DNA of 60,717 nucleotides, filler included, from Dugesia japonica (Eukaryota): NCBI GenBank assembly GCA_001938525.1. It is 5 parts of 5 records of this genome, joined end to end, with 100 filler letters (N's around TTAATTAATTAA, not from the genome) between each part and the next. Parts side by side here need not be neighbours in the genome. Positions count along the whole stretch, not along the records: positions 22,624 to 36,631 come from MQRL01587459.1; 4 more parts are not named here. One strand, 5' to 3'. Shown piece by piece: positions 25,851 to 35,208 of this stretch (position 1 is its first letter; each line of letters starts with the position of its first letter). The notes under the pieces were generated by a model. It saw only the letters and a program-made list of their open reading frames with translations, ran no database searches and was not told where the DNA came from. The position numbers and the translations under genes were made by a program.

Positions 25851-27167
25851 ATGAGTAAAAAGTTCATCTGTGGAAAAATAACATTAAAGAAAAATAAATC
25901 AAGACATTTAGATTTGTGTATAAATAGCGTAGCCCAGAAAAGGATTAAAGGAGGTGACTTACAAAGTTCAACTATAGTATCTAAATTATTAAAACCAATT
26001 ACAACAGAAAAATATCCTGGTGAAAGACATTTATTTAAACATAATTACACTGGACCTGGTTCACGATTAGATATTAGACTTGATTCCGAAGGTGAGCCAA
26101 AACCAGGAGAAGAACCAATTAATAAAGTTGATGATGCCGCATTAAAACATGATATTGCGTATAATTCAGAAAATATTAGAGATCGTCACATTGCAGATGT
26201 TAATTTAATACATGATCTTAATAATATTGAAAATCCTACAACGACAGAAAAATTTCAAAGAGCTTTAGTAAAATTAGCAATGAAAGGTAAAATAATTATT
26301 GGAAAAGGCGGAACTAAAAAGAATCCATTTAAGAAAAGTACAATTATAGATGAGCAAAGTGATGACGAACGAAGTGAGTCAAATAAAGATATATTAAGTA
26401 AAGAATTACATAAAGATTTTAAAAAACCTAAACATTTTAGAAAANNNNNNNNNNNNNACAAAGATGACATTTGGTCTGCAGATTTAATATTTTATGGTGT
26501 TGAACGTAAAGGTAAAAATGTAATATTAACTGTAATTGATCTTTACACAAGATATGCTTTTGTTGAATTAACTAATCGAAAAACTGGTCCAGCAATAACA
26601 AATGCATTTGAAAACATTTTAGAAAAAAGTAATAGAGTTCCAAATAAATTATGGGTTGATAAAGGTAAAGAATTTTATAATAAACATTTTAAATCTTTCT
26701 GTGAAAATAATAACATTGAAATATATTCAACTGAAAATCAAGGTAAAGCAGTTGTCATTGAAAGATTTAACAGAACTTTTAAACACAGACTCTTTCAACA
26801 TTTTACTGCCGTTGGATCTCAACAAATAGATTTAAAATTATTAGAAAAAATTGTAAATGATTACAATAACANTGTGCATTCTAGTATTAATGTTACACCT
26901 CAAAATGCTTCATTGAATCCTGAAAGTGTTCAACTAAATCGCGAAGAACCTTACAAAGAAAAACTTAGATTTAAAATTGGAGATCGTGTACGTATTACTA
27001 AAATTGGAAAAACTTTTCCTAAAGGTTATACATTTAAATGGTCAAAAAGAATTTATGTTATTACAAAAATCCATAAGAGTCCATGGACATTCGAAATCAG
27101 TAATCTTAACGGCAACAAAATATTGGGGAGATTTTACAGTAATGAATTACAAAAAACTTTATTATAA
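25851..27167 (+). CDS. PLA2 (parvovirus-like, PLA2X)-rve integrase fusion
   Basis: HNYTGPG and DDAALKHDIAY; DDE triad WSADL / WVDKGKEF / IERFNRT; FKIGDRVRI..FY.NELQK tail. Confidence 0.92.
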   Translation: MSKKFICGKITLKKNKSRHLDLCINSVAQKRIKGGDLQSSTIVSKLLKPITTEKYPGERHLFKHNYTGPGSRLDIRLDSEGEPKPGEEPINKVDDAALKHDIAYNSENIRDRHIADVNLIHDLNNIENPTTTEKFQRALVKLAMKGKIIIGKGGTKKNPFKKSTIIDEQSDDERSESNKDILSKELHKDFKKPKHFRKXXXXXKDDIWSADLIFYGVERKGKNVILTVIDLYTRYAFVELTNRKTGPAITNAFENILEKSNRVPNKLWVDKGKEFYNKHFKSFCENNNIEIYSTENQGKAVVIERFNRTFKHRLFQHFTAVGSQQIDLKLLEKIVNDYNNXVHSSINVTPQNASLNPESVQLNREEPYKEKLRFKIGDRVRITKIGKTFPKGYTFKWSKRIYVITKIHKSPWTFEISNLNGNKILGRFYSNELQKTLL

Positions 27168-27170
27168 GAA

Positions 27171-28080
27171 ATGACTACTCCGTTGGTATGGAGTAATAAT
27201 TTAACAAAGTTTAATAATAAAGTTCTTCCTAATAATTTTAGATTATTAATTATTGGATCTTCAGGTNNNNNNNNNNNNNNNNNNNNNNNNNNNNNNTTAT
27301 TAACTCCAGATTTTTTAGATTATGATACATTAATTTTTTATTCCACAACAATCAACCAATTTGAAATACAATTGTTATATTTAGGATTTGAAAATGGATT
27401 ATCTAAAGATGAAATTTATTACATGTTCGAGAAACAAAATATTGTACCAAAACATTTAACAACCCCATATCAAGTTATAAATTATTATTTAGATAAAAAA
27501 TTAGTTACTAAAAAATCTCGCAGTGTAAATGTTACATTATCAAATAAACCTAATGAAATAATTTCATGTGACAGACTTTCAAGAGAAAAGAATAATTTAA
27601 TAATATTTGATGATGTAGTTAATGAAAAGAATCAAGAGATTCAAAAAAGCTATTTTACAAGAGGTCGACATTCAAATTGTAATGTAATTTATATTTCCCA
27701 AACATATTATNNNNNNNNNNNNNNNNNNNNNNNNNNNNNNNNNNNNNNNNNNNNNNNNNNTTTTGATGATGTAGTTAATGAAAAAAATCAAGAGATTCAA
27801 AAAAGTTATTTTACTAGAGGACGACATTCAAATTATAATGTAATTTATATTTCCCAAACATATTATCATTTAGATAAAAATTCCATTAGAAATAATTCAA
27901 ACTGTTACATATTTTTTAAATTAAATAAAACTGAGAGATAATGTTTATCATGAATTATTTTCTAATATTTTTAATAATAAATCTGAATATGATTATGAAG
28001 TAAATTTACATTGGAAAACTAAATATAATTATTTTTATCTTAACAAAGAAACTGATGAAATATTAGATGATCTTTTTTAG
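27171..28080 (+). CDS. A32/FtsK-like genome packaging ATPase (frameshift near 27935; gap-related duplication)
   Basis: RLLIIGSSG(Walker A, in gap), LIIFDD Walker B, FTRGRHSN..IYISQTY, IRNNSN. Confidence 0.9.
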
Positions 28081-28101
28081 CTTTATGCTATTCCCGTTGG
28101 T

Positions 28102-29454
28102 CTATTTTAACTGTCTAGTTTCAAAAAATGTTTTAATTTTTTTTAAATCCTTTTCTATTATAGTTGTGAATGACCAAGTTGATTTTAATACATCTGGATA
28201 TTCATTGGCAAATTTATAAAATTTTATTATTTTATTAACATAATTAATTTTATATTTTATACCAATTGAATTTAAATGTTTTTCTATTTCTTCATTATTA
28301 TTAAATTTAGATTTTATTTTTTTAAAGAAATATCCTAAATTATAAAGACTTATTAAAGTAATTCGTTTTCCTATATTTAAAGTAATATACCATTTTTTAA
28401 TATTATCATCTAAATTTTCTACGGAGTTATTATTAACATTTTCTGGTGGTGAATTTGGATAAACAATAAAATTTACAAGTGATTCTGAAATCTTTTATAA
28501 AATTCATTCTCATTTTTAATTATATCATCTTTAATAATTTCATTTTGAATTTTAATGATTTCATCTTGAATTTCAGATTCAGATTCAATATTTTCATTTT
28601 GAATAATTTCATTTTGAATTTCAGATTCAGATTCAGATTCAATATTTTCATTTTGAATAATTTCATTTTGAATATTTTCTATTTGAATTTCAGATTCAGA
28701 TTCAGATTCAATATTTTCTATTTGAATATTTTCATCTTGAATTTCAGATTCAGATTNNNNNNNNNNNNNNNNNNNNNNNNNNNNNNNNNNNNNNNNNNNN
28801 NNNNNNATTTACAAGTGATTCTGAAAAATTTTTATAAAATTCATTCTCATTTTTAATTATATCATCTTTAATAATTTCATTTTGAATTTCAAATATTTCA
28901 TCTTGAATTTCAGATTCTTCATCTTGAATAATTTCATCTTGAATTTCAGATTCAGATTCAGATTCAGATTGTACGGAGTGTACGAAGTCCAGCGAAGCGC
29001 AGTCCAGCTTAGCGCCTTCTTCATTTTGAATTTCATCTTGAATTTCAGATTTAATATTTTCATCTTGAATTTCAGATTCAGATTCAGATTTAATATTTTC
29101 ATCTTGAATTTCAGATTTAATATTTTCATCTTGAATTTCAGATTCAAATTCAGATTTAATATTTTCATCTTGAATAATTTCATTAAGATTTGCCACATAA
29201 TTTATTACATCAACACCAACATTTGACACATTTTGTCTAAGATGTGGTAATCTATTTCTCCTACGTTTTTCTTCATCTATTATATAAGGTTTTTTCGAAC
29301 TTACATTTTTAGAGGTTTTATATTCAGGTTCATCAAAATTTATTTTTCCATCAACACCAAATATATTTTTATTAATTTTGGTTATACAATCGTCACAACA
29401 TAAATTATATATTTGACCATAATAAATCTTTGTATTTAAATAATTAGACTTCAT
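28102..29454 (-). CDS. Polinton protein with acidic (SE)nIQDENIK repeats and an unknown C-terminal domain
   Basis: ORF 28750-29454; after a gap and duplicated repeat block it continues SESLVNFIVYPNS..KWYITLNIG..FETRQLK*. Confidence 0.6.
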
Positions 29455-29516
29455 TTATCCGTAGTGATTTCTTAAAGAATTAATTTAATCATATCAACTG
29501 TTCGGATACGAAAATG

Positions 29517-30137
29517 TTAAGGTATTCCTAACTTCAACTTCATATCATTTATAACTTTAGTTTGATTTTCTATTATTAATTTAAAATTTTCAGATTTCTG
29601 CTTTTTATTTCCAGAAATCATTTCATGTACTTCATTTACCATGTTCTTACTAATATTTAATTCTTCATCAGTTAAAATTTCATCATGTACAGCTTTCTGT
29701 TGAAATAAGAATAATTTATTTTTAACACACTCAAGATTCTTTATTAGTTTTTCATATCTTTCTTTTCTAGTTCTAATTAAAGAAGAATTAAATGTTCCAA
29801 TAATAGGCAGCACTGAAATAGCGCCTGTAATACAAGATACACCAATTGCCGCAAATGGTAATCCAACTGGTGTGATAAATACTATTCCTGCTATACCAAT
29901 TCCTGCACTANNNNNNNNNNNNNNNNNNNNNNNNNNNNNNNNNNNNNNNNNCCATCTTCTATGTATTTTTCTATAATGTTTTATTTTATCTTTTATAAAG
30001 TACAGATCATTTTCAAAATCTCTTATTCTAGATAATGCAAGTTTTTTTTTTAAATCTAAGATAGTATAATCATCATGTAAGGTGCTACGCTGGACTTCGT
30101 ATAACTTATTTATATAACTTATTTGTATTGATTTCAT
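29517..30137 (-). CDS. Conserved Polinton membrane protein (gasderminX-like of adintoviruses)
   Basis: LSRIRDFEN..KHYRK, long small-residue hydrophobic segment, KAVHDEILTDEEL tail; family pattern recognised from memory. Confidence 0.6.
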   Translation of the reverse strand: MKSIQISYINKLYEVQRSTLHDDYTILDLKKKLALSRIRDFENDLYFIKDKIKHYRKIHRRWXXXXXXXXXXXXXXSAGIGIAGIVFITPVGLPFAAIGVSCITGAISVLPIIGTFNSSLIRTRKERYEKLIKNLECVKNKLFLFQQKAVHDEILTDEELNISKNMVNEVHEMISGNKKQKSENFKLIIENQTKVINDMKLKLGIP

Positions 30138-30146
30138 CTTCCATTT

Positions 30147-32609
30147 TTATAAATTAAAATTTAATCTTCCAAAAGATATTTCTTTTAAATTAACATCTTG
30201 TGGTAAAATTATTATGATAGATTTAATATTCTCATTTTTAGTAATTTTAGTGGTTAATACTTTAAGATTAAAATCGCCGGGTGTGAGACATAAAAATGAT
30301 TCTGAAATATCATTAATTTTAATTGTATAATTAANNNNNNNNNNNNNNNNNNNNNNNNNNNNNNNNNNNNNNNNNNNNNNNNNNATTTTAATTGTATAAT
30401 TAAATCTTTTAACATTAGAATTACCTATAATTTGAATATAAAGTTTATAATTAATATCCACTGTTAACTTAATAATAAATGGTTCAACGGGTTGACCTTT
30501 CCTTTTACAATCTCTATCTAAAAGTTTAAATTTTTCTGAAAAAGTAAACCATGGGACTTCATCATCTTTAACTGAAATTAAAAATACTACATTATCATTT
30601 AAAGNNNNNNNNNNNNNNNNNNNNNNNNNNNNNNNNNNNNNNNNNNNNNTTTTATCATCATTATTATTAAATAAAATATTAAATTTATCAATATAAATTT
30701 TATGAAGTCTTGGTTTTATTTTTTCAAATTCTTGAGTGGAAAATTTAACATTTAAAATAAATAAATAAATATCTTTTGGTAAAATTATAGATATAAAATT
30801 TATATTATCAATATTTAAAATTTCACTACTTTCTCTAAAAATTTTAATAGTATTGGCCTCAGGTTTAACATATAAAAATGATACAGCAAAATGATTAATT
30901 TTAATGATGTAATTAAATTTTTCAATTTCACAATAACCTTCTATAGCTATACTAACTTTTCTATTTATCTTTGTACATAAAAAAATAGAAAAAGAATCTT
31001 CAAGATATAAATAGTTTACATTATTTTTTGTTGACATTATACCATTTCTTAAGAAATCAAAATTATGTACATATTTATCTATAATACTAAATTGTGGAAT
31101 GCGATAAAAACCATTAATGTAAATTGAAAATATTGCATTAGGATTAGAATAAATAAGTAAGTAATTATCAAATATTTCTCTTATTTTTTTAACTGTTGTT
31201 TTTAAAAATGTTTCTTTATATATTTTTAATAAAATATTAATTCTATCAANNNNNNNNNNNNNNNNNNTAAATTTTTTTCTTTTAAATTCTTCTACTAATT
31301 GATCAAGAATTTCTAATTTTTGAAAAGTAACATTTAATTCCTTTATATAAATTTGTTCTAGTAAAATTATTACAATATAGTTTATATTTGTATCACCAGT
31401 AATATCAGTGCTTTCTCTTAAAATATTAATAATATTATTTTCAGATTTCTCCGTAGGTGAGCTTTGCGATTTAACATGAGAAAATGCCACTGCAATATGA
31501 TTAATTCTTGTGACATATTTAAATTTTTCAATTTTAGAAAATCCATTAATTTTTATACTAACTTTATCATTTATCTTTGTGTGTAAAATAATAGTTAAAG
31601 GTTCTTCAAGATAAAAATAATCTATTTCCATTTTACCCCTTTTTTTAAAATTTAAATCAACTACATATTTATCATTAATATGATATTCTAGAAAAGTTTT
31701 ACTCTTATAAATAATTGAAAATATTATTTTATTACTTTTTCTAAAAACATAAGNNNNNNNNNNNNNNNNNNNNNNNNNNNNNNNNNNNNNNNNNNNNNNN
31801 NNNTAAATAATTGAAAATATTATTTTATTACTTTTTCTAAAAACATAAGGTATGTGATTATCAATTATCTCTTTTAAGCTGGACTTCGTACTATCCGAAA
31901 GCGTTTCTTTATAAGTGTTAAATAAAACATTAATTCTGTCAAAATGAATTTTATGAAGTGTTGGTTTTATATTTTCAATTTCTTTAATTACTTTATTAAT
32001 TTTAAGTTTAAAATCTTCTATATTAGATTTAATAATATTAATATAATTTAAATATTGATCAAAGGTTTTCTTATCTAAATTTTCATGTAAAATGTTAAGT
32101 TTAACATTTAACATATCAATCTCATTTTTAATTTTCTTGTTCACATCGTTAGATGTTATTTCTTTAAAATTAGAAATTAAATCAATTCTTTTATATGGAA
32201 AAACTTCTAATTTTATTCTTTTAATATCTGAATCTATTTTGTTAAATGTTTCTTGATTACAGTTCTTTGTTAAATTTTTAATTTTCTCATTTATATTTTT
32301 AATTTCAACATTATCCTTTAAATTATTTAAATCTTCCATATTAGATGTAAAATTATCTATCTTTAATATTTTTGAGAATATTAATTCATGTTTCTGTAAT
32401 TTATCTTCAAGTTGTTTAATATATTTTAAATTAACNNNNNNNNNNNNNNNNNNNNNNNNNNNNNTTATTTTTAAAGATGTAATTGTGTCACCTGTTTCAT
32501 TAACATATTTATTATCATTATCTGCATTTGAAATTCTAATTTTAGCATCAACATGTTTTATTATTTGAGAACTATTTACAGTGAATAAACTTTCTCCAAA
32601 CTTATTCAT
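30147..32609 (-). CDS. Putative fibre/spike protein: fibre-type N-terminal motif, coiled coil, three tandem ~180-200 aa domains
   Basis: KYVNETGDTI...VNLKYI; repeats of KP.LHKI.(F/I)D..N.LF..TKIN.KVSI.I.G...IEKF.Y..KINH. Confidence 0.6.
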   Translation of the reverse strand: MNKFGESLFTVNSSQIIKHVDAKIRISNADNDNKYVNETGDTITSLKIXXXXXXXXXXVNLKYIKQLEDKLQKHELIFSKILKIDNFTSNMEDLNNLKDNVEIKNINEKIKNLTKNCNQETFNKIDSDIKRIKLEVFPYKRIDLISNFKEITSNDVNKKIKNEIDMLNVKLNILHENLDKKTFDQYLNYINIIKSNIEDFKLKINKVIKEIENIKPTLHKIHFDRINVLFNTYKETLSDSTKSSLKEIIDNHIPYVFRKSNKIIFSIIXXXXXXXXXXXXXXXXXXYVFRKSNKIIFSIIYKSKTFLEYHINDKYVVDLNFKKRGKMEIDYFYLEEPLTIILHTKINDKVSIKINGFSKIEKFKYVTRINHIAVAFSHVKSQSSPTEKSENNIINILRESTDITGDTNINYIVIILLEQIYIKELNVTFQKLEILDQLVEEFKRKKFXXXXXXXDRINILLKIYKETFLKTTVKKIREIFDNYLLIYSNPNAIFSIYINGFYRIPQFSIIDKYVHNFDFLRNGIMSTKNNVNYLYLEDSFSIFLCTKINRKVSIAIEGYCEIEKFNYIIKINHFAVSFLYVKPEANTIKIFRESSEILNIDNINFISIILPKDIYLFILNVKFSTQEFEKIKPRLHKIYIDKFNILFNNNDDKXXXXXXXXXXXXXXXXLNDNVVFLISVKDDEVPWFTFSEKFKLLDRDCKRKGQPVEPFIIKLTVDINYKLYIQIIGNSNVKRFNYTIKXXXXXXXXXXXXXXXXXXNYTIKINDISESFLCLTPGDFNLKVLTTKITKNENIKSIIIILPQDVNLKEISFGRLNFNL

Positions 32610-32611
32610 CT

Positions 32612-33040
32612 TTATCCTTTTATTAATAATAATTTATCATAAAGTAATTTCATTTCTAAAATTATATCATCAAAGTCGCTGCGCTCCATAGAATATAAAA
32701 AATAAATACATAGGACACCACATATTTTAGTACCAAAATGTTGAACTTGAATTTTATTATAAACATTTACCAGTGGTTCTAATTCTTTAAAAGGTTTTAA
32801 ACCAAAAGAGTCAAAATAATATTTATCATGATAACATGTCCAATGAGTTCCTTTTTGATTAATATTTTGATAATTAAAAATAAAATTCTTATTCTTACCA
32901 GTTGCAAGCTCCTGAATCTCATCTTTCATATAAATTTCTAAAGGTAGATCTAAAAATTCTGCAATTGAATATAAATCAAAATTTGTAGTTGTATTAATTC
33001 CAAATGTTTTTAAAAAGTCTATTAAACTAAATTCTGTCAT
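32612..33040 (-). CDS. Adenain-like cysteine protease (maturation protease)
   Basis: GTHWTC, YFDSFG, QVQ, ICG: His-Asp-Gln-Cys intact. Confidence 0.92.
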   Translation of the reverse strand: MTEFSLIDFLKTFGINTTTNFDLYSIAEFLDLPLEIYMKDEIQELATGKNKNFIFNYQNINQKGTHWTCYHDKYYFDSFGLKPFKELEPLVNVYNKIQVQHFGTKICGVLCIYFLYSMERSDFDDIILEMKLLYDKLLLIKG

Positions 33041-33043
33041 TTA

Positions 33044-33721
33044 TTAATGTCTATATTTACGTAAATGAACTAAAACAGAAATCGTTTCTTGATTAAAATC
33101 TATTGTGTTAAAGTTTTCATCTACAACATTAAATTTTAAACTTGAAATGTAATTTGTATTAATTTTAGAATAAATTGTAACAGCTGGTCTTTCTATAATT
33201 TTAAATCCAAATGCCACTGTATTAATTGGAAATGAATATAATAAATTAATTTGTTTAGATTCACCATGTGGAGATTTTACATAAATACCTTTAACAGTAT
33301 TACAAGTTATATTTATCATGTTAATAGATGAAATATCAATTTTATTATCTGAATAATAATTTCCCGGCGAATAAGATTTTACTGAGAAACTTAAAATTTT
33401 ATGAAAGAAAGATTTATCATCAAAAGTTAATGTGTTAGATGTTTTCATATTACATTTTGTTGTTGAAGTATCTGCAGAAATTACTATTGCATGTTTTTCT
33501 AATTTATTTGATATTTCTTTTATTTCATAAGCTCCTGGTTCAATTTTTTCTTCTTTAGATGTAATTGTAAATTTATTATTTAAATTTGTTATGTTAAAAA
33601 TAATATTATAACATGTAAAACAAATTAATCCTAATTCATATTCTGAATCTAATTCTATAGGATCTTTTAAATCTAATTTCAAATCTTGTTCTTTACCAAC
33701 TATTAAGAATTGATGTGACAT
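33044..33721 (-). CDS. Minor capsid protein (penton-like)
   Basis: PIELD.EYELGL, NITNLNNKF, IEPGAYEI, INITCN.V.G.Y, GFKIIERP, VDEN..IDFNQE. Confidence 0.85.
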   Translation of the reverse strand: MSHQFLIVGKEQDLKLDLKDPIELDSEYELGLICFTCYNIIFNITNLNNKFTITSKEEKIEPGAYEIKEISNKLEKHAIVISADTSTTKCNMKTSNTLTFDDKSFFHKILSFSVKSYSPGNYYSDNKIDISSINMINITCNTVKGIYVKSPHGESKQINLLYSFPINTVAFGFKIIERPAVTIYSKINTNYISSLKFNVVDENFNTIDFNQETISVLVHLRKYRH

Positions 33722-33799
33722 TTCTTAATGAAAAACTTTAGCTTGCGCAGGTTGACTGTTAACATTTAAAATGTTTCATGTAAAATCTCTTGTGTAAAA

Positions 33800-34412
33800 T
33801 CAAAAATATTTCATTTTATATTTATCATAAATCTTGTTAGATATTAAACCCATCATCTTTAATTTTTTACATACTTTTTTAATATCTTCAGATAAATTAT
33901 CATGTCCAGATTTTGCTGCTGAAATTAATAATGTTAACCTTTCAAATAAATTTATAAGACTAAGAGATTCTCCTTTCTTTTGTCTTGGTTTTGGTTTTGG
34001 TTTAATAGGGGTGTCTATTATTTTTGATTTTAAAAATTTAATATATTCATTACCAACTGGTGTGTTTTTTACTATTTCATTTAAATATATTCTAATATTT
34101 TCTAACATATCATCAGAATTATCAGTTTCTATTGTTTTCTTATTACCACAAATTATATCCACAATTATATCTGAATATTCATATTTTTTTCCACCAACCG
34201 AAAAATATTGTTTATCATCAATGTTAAAGAAAAATATAAGCACATTACTACTAGTAAAAGATAATCTTGTAAATTCTTTTTTACCAGTTATTGCTTTGCC
34301 TACTAATGGCAATATTTTTAGTTGAATTATATTTTTATTGAATTCTATTTTTGGGTAAAATGGTGTTATATTATCTTTTCTTAAAAAAATTTAAAAATTC
34401 TCCATCTTTCAT
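33800..34412 (-). CDS. Conserved Polinton hypothetical protein; true start uncertain, likely frameshifted upstream
   Basis: C-terminus KKG..LFERLTLLISAAKSGHD...LKMMGLIS resembles a recurrent Polinton L.RL.LL...AGN motif. Confidence 0.55.
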
Positions 34413-34743
34413 TGTTATTTCTAAATTATATTTATTAGGTTTAAAATAATCTGGTTCGTCTATTGGTTGTTCTTTATTAACAAAACTATTTTTTTCTATT
34501 GCTGTAATTGTTGGTTTTTGTAAAATGGATAAATTACTTTGTAATTCTCTTGACTCAATAACATTNNNNNNNNNNNNNNNNNNNNNNNNNNNNNNNNNNN
34601 NNNNNNNNNNNNNNNNNNNNNNNNNNNNNNNNNNNNNNNNNNNNNNNNNNNNNNNNNNNNNNNNNNNNNNNNNNNNNNNNNNNNNNNNNNNNNNNNNNNN
34701 NNNNNNNNNNNNNNNNNNNNNNNNNNNNNNNNNNNNNNNNNNN

Positions 34744-35200
34744 TATAAGGATTAAAGTAAAGACCATCACCATCTATTTTTATTTGGATGCCATCTTTAA
34801 ATTTTTTTGTTACATCTTTCATGTTATCATCTTCAATAATATTTTTTAAATGTTTATGTATAGCAGTTCCTTGATAAGGATTTAAATATATTCCGGCGCC
34901 AGATTTTTTGACAGCCTCGCTGTCAATCTGTTGAATTTCCTTCCGAACTTTAATTGCATTTCTAGAATTAGTAACAGTACTTGCTATTCCAGATGCAATA
35001 CTAGCAGTTCCGGCTAAAGCTCCGATAATTGCTGGGATTGCAGCTAGAAAAGCAAATCCTCCTTCTTTAGCAGAATCCCTTCGGGATTTTAGCTTTTCTT
35101 TTACTTTTTTAGAAATATAATAATTTTTACCATCTATTTTTACAGATTTACATTTTTTTGAATTTATTATTTTTTCTAATTCTTCTTCAGTCGGATTCAT
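34744..35200 (-). CDS. Adenovirus pX-like core/membrane-active precursor (3' end in gap)
   Basis: Basic N-terminus then KEGG-FAFLAAIPAIIGALAGTASIASGIASTV; two G.G(I/L)Y.NPY motifs. Confidence 0.65.
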
Positions 35201-35208
35201 TTCTTATA

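Noticed and set aside
27606-27870. Duplicated Walker B region in the ATPase (also 23499-23587, 31700-31850, 40487-40870, and YGDTDS at 35660-35760)
   Set aside because: Near-identical copies, mostly flanking N gaps; typical scaffolding overlap artefacts rather than domain duplications
33834-34325. 163-aa plus-strand ORF and other antisense ORFs in the virus (26255, 28479, 28882)
   Set aside because: Shadows of minus- or plus-strand genes and repeats; no motifs
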